NCBI GenBank assembly: GCA_022730015.1
Contig: DZBU01000003.1
Location: 1-62,691, forward strand
Length of the DNA: 62,691 bases
Direction: 5' to 3'
Origin: Candidatus Elulimicrobium sp.
GTDB lineage: Bacteria > Patescibacteriota > Minisyncoccia > Phycocordibacterales > UBA918
Under the pieces are notes generated by a model that was not told where the DNA came from, did no database searches, and saw only the letters and a list, made by a program, of their open reading frames with translations. The position numbers and the translations under genes were made by a program. Positions 17,434 to 25,356 of the stretch are shown here, piece after piece. Each line of letters begins with the position of its first letter. Position 1 is the stretch's first letter.

Positions 17434-17464
17434 GACCCATGCACTGCGTGCATGGGTCATTTTT
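17434..17464. terminator. Bidirectional terminator between convergent genes
   Basis: gacccatgca-ctgcg-tgcatgggtc, flanked by aaaagaaa and atttt. Confidence 0.75.
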
Positions 17465-17849
17465 ACAAATAGTCCGGTTCGCTCAAAGAGGGCGAAAAAT
17501 ACATAAAGTCCTCAACCAAATGCAACACTGTCACCATGACCATTACAGGCCACCCGACAAAATCTACGAGTGGTACCGTACCAAGCTCAGGATGATCTAG
17601 TAGCGAGACAAAACCAGGGGCAATTATTTTTGCCATTTCTTCATCAGCCAATTGGTAGTGAGTAGCAAGTGCTGCTGGAAGATAGCTCAACCTCACTTCA
17701 TCACCCACCTTTAGATGAACCAAACATTTTTGGGGTGAGGAATGATAAGGATAAAAAATTATTTGTCTCGATTGATTTTCTGAAAGAACCAGAAGTTCTC
17801 CGCGCTCAGGACGACGGACCGTTGGAAGAGCGAGTTTTTCCTGTGACAT
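17463..17849 (-). CDS. Hypothetical protein
   Basis: 128-aa ORF preceded by a strong SD (aaagggaggaagtaataATG); no motif recognised. Confidence 0.5.
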   Translation of the reverse strand: MSQEKLALPTVRRPERGELLVLSENQSRQIIFYPYHSSPQKCLVHLKVGDEVRLSYLPAALATHYQLADEEMAKIIAPGFVSLLDHPELGTVPLVDFVGWPVMVMVTVLHLVEDFMYFSPSLSEPDYL

Positions 17850-17969
17850 TATTACTTCCTCCCTTTTTACCTAAGAAACTATCACTTCTTATGTGACTCT
17901 GTTCAATACTATAGCTTTTATCAGAATACAATGTCAAGCTAATGTCAATAGAGCACCACTCTAATTAAA

Positions 17970-18956
17970 TTAGGCGGCAGCTAACACTCTCTCTACTGGG
18001 TCCTCATCATCTTCATCGGCAATCTCCTGCTGGATGATCTCTTCAATAATATCCTCGAGCGAGATAACACCAATAAAGCGCTTATTTTGATTACGCACGA
18101 TGGCGAGGTGATGTTTCGACTTCAGCATACGTCCCAAAACCACGTCGAGCATGTCGCCAGCTCGCACAGTGAGATGTTTTCTATCAAAAGCATCTTCAGT
18201 CTCCTTGATCGAAATGTTTTCATCTTCAACGATGAGATCCTTCACGTACAAAACCCCGACAATATTCAAGGGATCACCACTATAAATTGGTAATCTTGAA
18301 AACCCGTGTTCATACACCTGCTCATAGAATTCTGCGTTGAGCCTTTGATTTTCATCAAATGAAACTACTCGCTCGGCCGGGGTCATCACCTCTCGTACGG
18401 TCAAGTGCGAAAACTGCAACGCCCCATGCACGATCCGTTCTTCATCTTCATCGATAGTGCTGTGTTCTGAATTTTCGTGCTCAGAGATGATATCCATGAG
18501 CTCTTTCTTAGAGTAGGTAGTCGGGATCTCTGATCCAAGAAAATAGTCGAGGGTCTTGGCGATCGGGTACGCAACTGGAAAAGCTAAAATGATAGCGATA
18601 CGAGTGAACCAGATGGTGCGCGAGCCAAACCACAACGCGTGACGTGAGATGACCGCTTGCGGCACGATCTCGCCAAAAACAACAATGAGTGCCGTGGCGA
18701 TGAGGCCGGCCACCAACCCAGAAGCGATACTACCGAGAAAAATCGACAGCGTCGTGTTAACGATGACATTACCCAAGAGCAAGGTCGTCAAAAGTAAATT
18801 CCCCTTTTCGCGGATCGGGTAGATAGTGGCCGCCTCTCTATCTCCGTTGCGGGCGCGGCGACGCAGTGATTGCGTATCGAGTGATAGAAGCCCTAGTGTC
18901 AGCCCGGAGAAAAGGGCAGATAAAGTCACCAGGACCGTGGATATGAAATATTCCAT
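17970..18956 (-). CDS. CNNM/CorC-family membrane protein (DUF21 plus a CBS pair); no CorC_HlyC C-terminal domain
   Basis: 328 aa. DUF21 pattern LLLTTLLLGNVIVNTTLSIFLGSI, followed by two CBS-like segments (VREVMTP..., AIVRNQNKRFIGVISLEDIIEEI). Confidence 0.8.
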   Translation of the reverse strand: MEYFISTVLVTLSALFSGLTLGLLSLDTQSLRRRARNGDREAATIYPIREKGNLLLTTLLLGNVIVNTTLSIFLGSIASGLVAGLIATALIVVFGEIVPQAVISRHALWFGSRTIWFTRIAIILAFPVAYPIAKTLDYFLGSEIPTTYSKKELMDIISEHENSEHSTIDEDEERIVHGALQFSHLTVREVMTPAERVVSFDENQRLNAEFYEQVYEHGFSRLPIYSGDPLNIVGVLYVKDLIVEDENISIKETEDAFDRKHLTVRAGDMLDVVLGRMLKSKHHLAIVRNQNKRFIGVISLEDIIEEIIQQEIADEDDEDPVERVLAAA

Positions 18957-19019
18957 TTATATGGTTATGAAGACTAGCTTACACAGCTCTGTGTGGTAGC
19001 GCAAGTCAGATGGTATTTT

Positions 19020-19610
19020 CTATTGCTCAAGACTACGAGCGGCTCCGTTTGCAGCATCGAGCACCTCACGATACGAAGCAGTACTGCCCTGAGCAGGTAC
19101 CGCTAGATCTGTAGCGGAATATCGTATCGGAAATTCTAATGCATCATCGTGTTCAGGAAGACCAGACGGATTGTCTTTTTTTAGGATAAGTGAGCCACGC
19201 TGCATAAAATCAGGGTCACCTGTTTGATACGGTTTTTTAAATGACAGCGTAGCAACAAACGGCACGAATTTCTCAGTCATCCATTCACGCTGCGCGGTAG
19301 CATGACCTTCCGCAATGATAAGACCGTCCCAATTAGTCAAAATAACAGGAAAACTGCCTTCAAAATACCAAGTGCCACGCGCTTCTCCCGTGATGGTGAG
19401 TGGGCTTCCGATTCGATCATTCGGCTTTGGCAGAGTGACTCGGATAAGATCTGCCTTCTCAGCAATATGAGTAATGATAACCGGATCAAGAGTGGTATCA
19501 ATCGAAACAGTCTCAGGATTTGACGGTGTAACCACCAAACTAGACGAGGAAAACCACCAGCCGATGATAGCGATCGTGATAACCAGAGAAAGGAGACCAA
19601 AAAATTGCAT
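19020..19610 (-). CDS. Secreted Gmad2-type immunoglobulin-like domain protein
   Basis: 196 aa with an N-terminal TM. PLTITGEARGTWYFEGSFPVILTNWDGLIIAEGHATAQ...WMTEKFVPFVATLSF fits the Gmad2 pattern. Confidence 0.6.
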   Translation of the reverse strand: MQFFGLLSLVITIAIIGWWFSSSSLVVTPSNPETVSIDTTLDPVIITHIAEKADLIRVTLPKPNDRIGSPLTITGEARGTWYFEGSFPVILTNWDGLIIAEGHATAQREWMTEKFVPFVATLSFKKPYQTGDPDFMQRGSLILKKDNPSGLPEHDDALEFPIRYSATDLAVPAQGSTASYREVLDAANGAARSLEQ

Positions 19611-19634
19611 GCTTGAAAATTACTATTTTAACGA

Positions 19635-20177
19635 TCAATCTGTAATCACCACTGTGCTGGCGGGCAATGATTTTTGTATCACAGCCAGATCTTGTTTAGC
19701 ATACTGCGTTCCTCGCAAGTCGAGCACCTCAAGGTTTTTTAGATTTCCTAGTTCATACGGCAAGCCGGTAAATGGATTGTTTGAGAGATTCAGCTTTCGC
19801 AACTTAGACAACTGCCCGATTTCTGCTGGCAAGCCAGAGAAGTTGTTGTTACTGATATCAATCTCACGAAGTTCGGTGAGCTGACGAACTTCTGCCTTGA
19901 GCGACCCTTCAAGGCCACGACCCGAGAGGTCAAGAACTTGTGTGTTTTTTGCGACACTGATGCCGTTGTACACCTCAATAGAACCACCCAGGCTCGGCAA
20001 TAATGGTTTCTGCTCAAGTTGAGGTTGAGGTTCAGATCCTGACTCTTCATCAACTGCTTCTGATTGCACAGATAACGTCGATTCTTCATTGGTGACAGTT
20101 TCTTCCGATGTAGAGCTCGTCCACCAAACACCGATCACAACGCCAGTGAGTAGCAAAATAATTCCAAGTATATACAT
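19635..20177 (-). CDS. Membrane-anchored leucine-rich-repeat (LRR) protein
   Basis: 180 aa. Repeats: LDLSGRGLEGSL..., LTELREIDISNNNFSGLPAEIGQLSKLRKLNLSNNPFTGLPYELGNLKNLEVLDLRGT. Confidence 0.75.
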   Translation of the reverse strand: MYILGIILLLTGVVIGVWWTSSTSEETVTNEESTLSVQSEAVDEESGSEPQPQLEQKPLLPSLGGSIEVYNGISVAKNTQVLDLSGRGLEGSLKAEVRQLTELREIDISNNNFSGLPAEIGQLSKLRKLNLSNNPFTGLPYELGNLKNLEVLDLRGTQYAKQDLAVIQKSLPASTVVITD

Positions 20178-20201
20178 ATTGGATATTGTACACCTATTTA
20201 G

Positions 20202-20240
20202 AAAAAAGCGGCGGGCACCGTAGGTGCCAGCCGCTTTTTT
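20202..20240 (-). terminator. Intrinsic terminator
   Basis: aaaaaagcggcgggcacc-gta-ggtgccagccgctttttt. Confidence 0.8.
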
Positions 20241-20249
20241 AAACGTATA

Positions 20250-20630
20250 CTACAAAATCATGTTTACTACCACCATCACCACGATCATCGCAATAACAAA
20301 TCCCGCCTCGACCCCCACTGCATACTTATTTTTACCGCTATATAGACCATTGGCTTTAACAAAACCAGCGATCGTGATCGCAACCAAAACTGCATGACCA
20401 ACGTGGCCATCAGTGGCGGCTAGATTGGTGATGATAGCCAGAAGGAGTGTACTAACCGCTTGGGCACTCATCGGCATCCACATCGGTGCCTGCCACACTC
20501 CCCCACCCTTACCAGCGTTCCATTTCTCGTAGAACATCACTGGCGAATACCACAACCACCCCAGACCAAAAGCCAACACAAAAGACACCAGCACCGGCAC
20601 CCACTCAATGTTCGAAAGTAGTTCTTGCAT
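20250..20630 (-). CDS. DUF1761-like small polytopic membrane protein
   Basis: 126 aa with 4 TM segments. FGLGWLWYSPVMFYEKW resembles the DUF1761 signature. Confidence 0.55.
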   Translation of the reverse strand: MQELLSNIEWVPVLVSFVLAFGLGWLWYSPVMFYEKWNAGKGGGVWQAPMWMPMSAQAVSTLLLAIITNLAATDGHVGHAVLVAITIAGFVKANGLYSGKNKYAVGVEAGFVIAMIVVMVVVNMIL

Positions 20631-20668
20631 ATGAAATATAAAATTCTGATTGATGTTATTGTAACATC

Positions 20669-20705
20669 AAAAGCGGCGGGTGCTTTGCACCCGCCGCTTT
20701 TTTTA
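20669..20705 (-). terminator. Intrinsic terminator after typA
   Basis: aaaagcggcgggtgc-ttt-gcacccgccgcttttttt. Confidence 0.85.
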
Positions 20706-20708
20706 TGA

Positions 20709-22493
20709 TTACTTTCCTCGCTTCCGATCGCCCTCCTTCAAAAATTGCTTGCGGAGACGGACAGAAACTGGACAAACCTCGAGGTATTCATCTTCAGCCA
20801 TAATCTCGAGACCAGTTTCGATGGAAAGTGGGCGATGTGGCGTAAGGGTTACCGCGTCGTCAGAACCTGACGCTCGCATGTTAGTGAGCTGCTTGCCCTT
20901 GGTCGGGTTCACGGTCATCTCCTCACCCTTAGATGTATTTCCAATTACCATTCCTTCATAGACCTCTGTACCAGCACCAATGTAGAGTTCGCCGCGGTCT
21001 TGGAGACCCCAGAGCGCAAAGGCCAGTGCCTTGCCGGTAGCCATCGAAATCATTGAGCCAACCTGACGCTTCTTGATCTCACCGTAGTACGGACGGAACT
21101 CAATGAAACGTGAAGCGAGGATACCTTCACCACGCGTGTCGACCACGAATTGGTTCTTGTAGCCCAAGAGACCACGAGTCGGTCCTTCAAAGATGAGTCG
21201 CACTTGATTTTCGTGCATGATCATGTTCTGCATGATGAAACCACGATTACCGAGACGCTCGATGACGGTACCTTGAAATTCACTTGGCACATCGACTGTT
21301 ACTTCCTCAAACGGTTCCATCTTCTCGCCATCGACTTCCTTAATGATCACCTTTGGCTGCGAGACAGAGAGTTCGTAGCCTTCACGTCGCATGTTCTCGA
21401 GCAAGATAGCAATGTGCATTTCACCACGACCCTTCACGTTGTACGCATCACCACCGGCTGATTCTACCTGGAGGCCCACGTTGATCTCCATTTCTTTCAT
21501 GAGACGGTCACCGATTTGGCGACTGGTGACATACTTCCCTTCTCGGCCGGCAAACGGTGAGGAGTTCACCAGGAACTGGAGAGCCACGGTAGGTTCGTCG
21601 ACATTGATAGCGGGTAGCGGTTCAGCCGCTTCGTTGTCGGTGATAGTATCACCGATACTGATTTCAGTGAGTCCAGCAATGAGTACAATATCTCCAGCTG
21701 AAGCTTCCTGCTGTTCTACCTGACGGACTCCTTCGTAGCCTGAGAGCTTGACCACCTTTCCTTTTTTGGTCTCAGCATCTTTGTGCTTAATGAAAACATT
21801 CTGACCCTTGGCAATTTTACCATCGTAAATACGAGCCACTGCCAAACGACCGAGGAAATTGTCGTACCCAAGGTTGAAGACCTGCGCGCGGAGTGCTTCG
21901 CCTTCTACGAAAGCCTTGGCGGCCGGGACGTGTTCAAGGACCAGGTCAAGAACTGGTGAGAGATCTTTCATTTCATCCTCCATCTTGCGCTTGGCTACCT
22001 TGTCGCGGCCGATGGCGTAGACGATCGGAAAATTAGACTGCTCATCGGTCGCGCCAAGCTCCCAGAAAAGCTCGAGAACCTGTTCCTCACAACGGTGTGG
22101 GTCGGCAGCTGGCTTGTCAATCTTGTTGATGACGACGATAGGCCGATGCCCCAACTCGAGGGACTTTTTGAGCACAAAACGGGTCTGGGGCATCGGCCCT
22201 TCCTGCGCGTCGACCACGAGAAGCACACAGTCGATACTACGGAGCACACGTTCTACTTCAGAACCAAAGTCGGCGTGACCAGGCGTGTCCACGATATTGA
22301 TCTTAGTGCCCTTGTAGTTCACTGAAGTGTTTTTGGCATAAATGGTAATACCGCGCTCTTGTTCCAGCGCATTACTGTCCATCGACTGCCCTTCTTCGCG
22401 CGAGCCAGTGAATTCCATAAGACCATCGGTCAAGGTGGTCTTACCATGGTCTACGTGCGCGATAATGGCGATGTTACGGATCTCTTGTGACAT
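20709..22493 (-). CDS. typA: Translational GTPase TypA/BipA
   Basis: 594 aa. Motifs: IRNIAIIAHVDHGKTTLTD (G1), DTPGHADFG (G3) and NKID (G4), with the collinear TypA architecture. Confidence 0.95.
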   Translation of the reverse strand: MSQEIRNIAIIAHVDHGKTTLTDGLMEFTGSREEGQSMDSNALEQERGITIYAKNTSVNYKGTKINIVDTPGHADFGSEVERVLRSIDCVLLVVDAQEGPMPQTRFVLKKSLELGHRPIVVINKIDKPAADPHRCEEQVLELFWELGATDEQSNFPIVYAIGRDKVAKRKMEDEMKDLSPVLDLVLEHVPAAKAFVEGEALRAQVFNLGYDNFLGRLAVARIYDGKIAKGQNVFIKHKDAETKKGKVVKLSGYEGVRQVEQQEASAGDIVLIAGLTEISIGDTITDNEAAEPLPAINVDEPTVALQFLVNSSPFAGREGKYVTSRQIGDRLMKEMEINVGLQVESAGGDAYNVKGRGEMHIAILLENMRREGYELSVSQPKVIIKEVDGEKMEPFEEVTVDVPSEFQGTVIERLGNRGFIMQNMIMHENQVRLIFEGPTRGLLGYKNQFVVDTRGEGILASRFIEFRPYYGEIKKRQVGSMISMATGKALAFALWGLQDRGELYIGAGTEVYEGMVIGNTSKGEEMTVNPTKGKQLTNMRASGSDDAVTLTPHRPLSIETGLEIMAEDEYLEVCPVSVRLRKQFLKEGDRKRGK

Positions 22494-22543
22494 ATAAAAA
22501 TAGTGTTACTAAACGTTGCGTGGTCCCTGCTAAAGATGAGAAA

Positions 22544-22610
22544 GGCGCCGGCCCATACTCGAACTCTAAGGAACTTCACGCTCCATACGAATTCGAGTAG
22601 GGCCGGCGCC
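22544..22610 (-). other. Long imperfect hairpin (about 67 nt) in the typA upstream region; an extended terminator or a structured leader/sRNA
   Basis: ggcgccggccc...tactcgaa...ttcgagta...gggccggcgcc (11 + 8 bp outer helix plus an inner GGAxC/GxUCC helix). On the minus strand it is followed by tttctcatcttt. It sits about 113 nt after the upstream stop and about 50 nt before the typA ATG. Confidence 0.45.
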
Positions 22611-22722
22611 CACGAACCCCAGTAGAATACTGACTTTAAACGCTTTTGTCTAGAGCTCTCCCAAAAAAGCCAGATTTGCAAAATAAGCAAATAGTAAACC
22701 TGCCAGGACAATGACAATGATC

Positions 22723-23382
22723 TTAAGCCACATGTGCTATCGATTTACGAAACCTCCATGTTCGCTGAATCACAAAAAGCAACAAGATGATACCAAGCGG
22801 GTAATATATGTATGAAGAACCCAGCATTCTCACTATTGAAAGCCCAAATCCTTGTTGTACTTGATGAACATGGCTGATGGTACCAAAATATCCAAGAGAT
22901 TCATCCGCCGTTCCGAGCAGCAACATGTACCGACCAAGATTATTGGGCGTACTCACTTCTATTCGATAAATTCCCGGCCGTAATTCATTACTAATAGGCA
23001 GACTCTCCCAAAAGCTCATACCATACACCGAATCCTTTCGTGCTGTCCAATCGGTGGTGACGGGGTGTACTCGAGCGATCTCTGAAACACCACCACCCTT
23101 GTCATCTTCACGAACAACCATAAGCGCAAGATCTAGTGGCTTAGCACTACTCTGATATTGCTGTGATAGTTGTGCCGTCAGTGTCGTTGTTGCAGTGATT
23201 ATTACCTCATACATGATTGGAAAATTATCCAGATGACCGATGTGGGCCTGTTTCGGCTCAAGACCGGCAGTCAAGGGAATGATCTCATACGGTTTTGTGA
23301 CTTCACTTTGGTACACATCGAATGCCACAACTGGCAGCGGACCAACAACAAATAAAAAGAGAAACGCAAATAAAAATTTCAT
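22723..23382 (-). CDS. Secreted protein with a C-terminal TM anchor; function unknown
   Basis: I placed the start at the internal Met (MKFLFAFLFLFVVGPLPVVA, a signal peptide). The track ORF extends to 23406. Confidence 0.5.
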   Translation of the reverse strand: MKFLFAFLFLFVVGPLPVVAFDVYQSEVTKPYEIIPLTAGLEPKQAHIGHLDNFPIMYEVIITATTTLTAQLSQQYQSSAKPLDLALMVVREDDKGGGVSEIARVHPVTTDWTARKDSVYGMSFWESLPISNELRPGIYRIEVSTPNNLGRYMLLLGTADESLGYFGTISHVHQVQQGFGLSIVRMLGSSYIYYPLGIILLLFVIQRTWRFRKSIAHVA

Positions 23383-23454
23383 CCCTGTATCATAGCAAAC
23401 GCACACGAGAGCGTCAGCTGTCGTGTGCGTTTTTGCGCGAATAGCGGGGGTTCC

Positions 23455-24033
23455 TTACCCACCTTTAGCATGGCGATATTCAAAACCTGCTTCATCAAAG
23501 ATGGCTTGGATAGTTGCTCGATCATTGGACTGCCGAGCCACTCGTAGTGCTTCACGTTGCTCATTCGTAAATTGTGCGGCGATCGGTACGAGATCTTCTG
23601 AGTGGTGTTGTCGATACCTCCCATCAATGCCTCGCATCATTCCCGGTTCTTTCTCACGAAGCTCATGGGCTTCGCAGAATTGCTTAAAATCTGCCTCCGA
23701 CGTGACAATATCAGCAAGCGGTAGGTCAGTGACAGCCTCCTTGAAAGCTTCATAATCCTTGTTTTGGATTGCTTGGTGAATTGCGTTTTTGGTTTCATTC
23801 GCTGCGCGATACATAGCACGCAGATGCTCATCAGTAATTCCAGCCGCCGCCAGACGATCTCGCGCAGCAGTGTAGTCACCAGCAGCACGAAGCTCTTGCG
23901 CTTCCTCAATGGCGTCTTTTTGTACTTTTGTAAGACCAACTCGATTCATCATCTGTGGTCCACTGTACGCATGAACCCCCGTTGCTGTCACGGCAAATGC
24001 TGCGATCGCGATGAGTAATGATTTTGATTGCAT
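23455..24033 (-). CDS. Secreted all-helical protein; function unknown
   Basis: 192 aa with signal peptide LLIAIAAFAVTATGVHA and a charged helical-repeat composition. Confidence 0.5.
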   Translation of the reverse strand: MQSKSLLIAIAAFAVTATGVHAYSGPQMMNRVGLTKVQKDAIEEAQELRAAGDYTAARDRLAAAGITDEHLRAMYRAANETKNAIHQAIQNKDYEAFKEAVTDLPLADIVTSEADFKQFCEAHELREKEPGMMRGIDGRYRQHHSEDLVPIAAQFTNEQREALRVARQSNDRATIQAIFDEAGFEYRHAKGG

Positions 24034-24126
24034 AGTTTTTTATGTTTCAAATTAAACAGTATTCCAGTTGCGGGACCCCCTTAGCCCCCGCTTTTATTAC
24101 TACGAAAGTAACTACAGTAACGTTTC

Positions 24127-24163
24127 AAAGGGCCAGCATTCCAAAATGGAATACTGGCCCTTT
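24127..24163 (-). terminator. Intrinsic terminator
   Basis: aaagggccag...ctggcccttt stem, downstream of the CDS ending at 24185. Confidence 0.7.
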
Positions 24164-24184
24164 CAAGACGTACGCAGACAGCAA

Positions 24185-24700
24185 TTAATTATTTCCGTTT
24201 GTTTCGAAGAAATCCCACACCGTGCCAAGGGTGGTCCATAGAGCACTCTCGGCGACCACAGCAGTCCCACAGGAATCAAGCGTGTAAGTCTCCCCATCAA
24301 GAGTAACTGCATATTTCACATCAATTCCATCTGTATACGAATTACAGAGGGCTGGGGTGATTGATTTAGATTGTGCCAAAAGTGCTTCCTCGGTAACCAC
24401 TGCTCGTATACTCAACTGTAACTCTCGAGAAAGTGTTCCTTTTCGCATTACCTGTTCGGCTTCGGCTGCTGGTGTATACAAATATCGGTATGATCCGTCA
24501 TTTTGTATTTGAAATGAAGGACACATATTGCGACAGCCACCATACACATCTGCTACGATAGTAAACTCAGATACTTTCTCTATATCAGGAGTTTCAATTT
24601 TTGAGATAAAACCAGCAAAATTAGTCAGGTACAAGTACCCACCAACAAAAAAACCAACCAGGAAGGTAATTAAGATACTCAAACGATCATTTTTACTCAC
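24185..24700 (-). CDS. Membrane-anchored protein; function unknown
   Basis: 171 aa with N-terminal TM LSILITFLVGFFVGGYLYL and four Cys in the ectodomain. Confidence 0.5.
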   Translation of the reverse strand: MSKNDRLSILITFLVGFFVGGYLYLTNFAGFISKIETPDIEKVSEFTIVADVYGGCRNMCPSFQIQNDGSYRYLYTPAAEAEQVMRKGTLSRELQLSIRAVVTEEALLAQSKSITPALCNSYTDGIDVKYAVTLDGETYTLDSCGTAVVAESALWTTLGTVWDFFETNGNN

Positions 24701-24760
24701 GTCGTCATTATAACGTATACCGAAGACATGAAAAGATGTTGCGCTCTATCTCAGATGCAA

Positions 24761-24790
24761 GAAAACAACCACCATTAGGTGGTTGTTTTC
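24761..24790. terminator. Perfect 13-bp terminator-like hairpin inside a divergent intergenic region
   Basis: gaaaacaaccacc-atta-ggtggttgttttc, followed by tattt on the plus strand. No upstream plus-strand CDS is present. Confidence 0.5.
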
Positions 24791-24873
24791 TATTTGCGGG
24801 CGGTCTCGGGCAAGAACCGTGGAACGGGGTCAAGCAGGGGATAACCAGTTGCAGCGCAAACATCTGTAGTGTA

Positions 24874-24893
24874 TTGTTCGTAAATACGAACAA
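24874..24893. promoter_or_regulatory. Perfect 20-bp palindrome 14 nt upstream of the mntR ATG; candidate DtxR/MntR-family operator
   Basis: TTGTTCGTA-AA-TACGAACAA with no T-run after it, so an operator is more likely than a terminator. Confidence 0.5.
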
Positions 24894-24906
24894 CTCCTCC
24901 TTAGCA

Positions 24907-25326
24907 ATGAACATCACTCCAACCAAAGAAGACTATATTCGTGCCATTTTCGTTCTTCATGAATCGGGAAAGCAGGTTGGTATAACGAGCATTGCTGAAA
25001 AACTGGGATTAAGTAAATCCACAGTTTCTGAGAGAGTTCGTGAGTTAGTGAAAGACGGTTGGGTGGTTGCAGAACCATATGGTCAGGTAACACTTACAAA
25101 AGAGGGTGCTAATACTGGGAAAAAGCTCACGTTTAAACATCGAGTGATTGAGGTGTTTCTATACGAGACACTCCGACTACCCAAAGAAAGCATCCACGCT
25201 GAAGCTGAACGGCTAGAACATGCATTCAGCGATGACGTGATTAAAAGATTGGCTAAGTTTCTTGGTAATCCAAAAAGTGACCCCCATGGTTCATCTATAA
25301 CTGATGTAACAAATTGGCGAAAGTAA
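24907..25326 (+). CDS. mntR: DtxR/MntR-family metal-dependent transcriptional regulator
   Basis: I moved the start to the internal ATG (MNITPTKEDYIRAIFVLHESGKQVGITSIAEKLGLSKSTVSERVRELVKDGWV), which shows the wHTH and dimerisation pattern. The upstream 57 codons of the track ORF look non-coding. Confidence 0.8.
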   Translation: MNITPTKEDYIRAIFVLHESGKQVGITSIAEKLGLSKSTVSERVRELVKDGWVVAEPYGQVTLTKEGANTGKKLTFKHRVIEVFLYETLRLPKESIHAEAERLEHAFSDDVIKRLAKFLGNPKSDPHGSSITDVTNWRK

Positions 25327-25356
25327 TATTGTTAAAATTATTAATCAGATCAGAAC

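Noticed and set aside
22544-22610. Long hairpin upstream of typA considered as SRP (4.5S) RNA.
   Set aside because: The apical region (GGAGC-GUGAA-GUUCC) lacks the conserved domain IV motifs (GGAA tetraloop with AGCA/GGAAG internal loops).
22451-22717. 88-aa minus-strand ORF filling the gap upstream of typA.
   Set aside because: It overlaps the typA start, spans the long hairpin and has no motif. I treat the region as non-coding or structured RNA.
24708-24926. 72-aa minus-strand ORF, and the 57-codon N-terminal extension of the mntR ORF (24736-24906).
   Set aside because: Both cross the terminator-like hairpin and the palindrome. DtxR/MntR homology begins exactly at the internal ATG at 24907.
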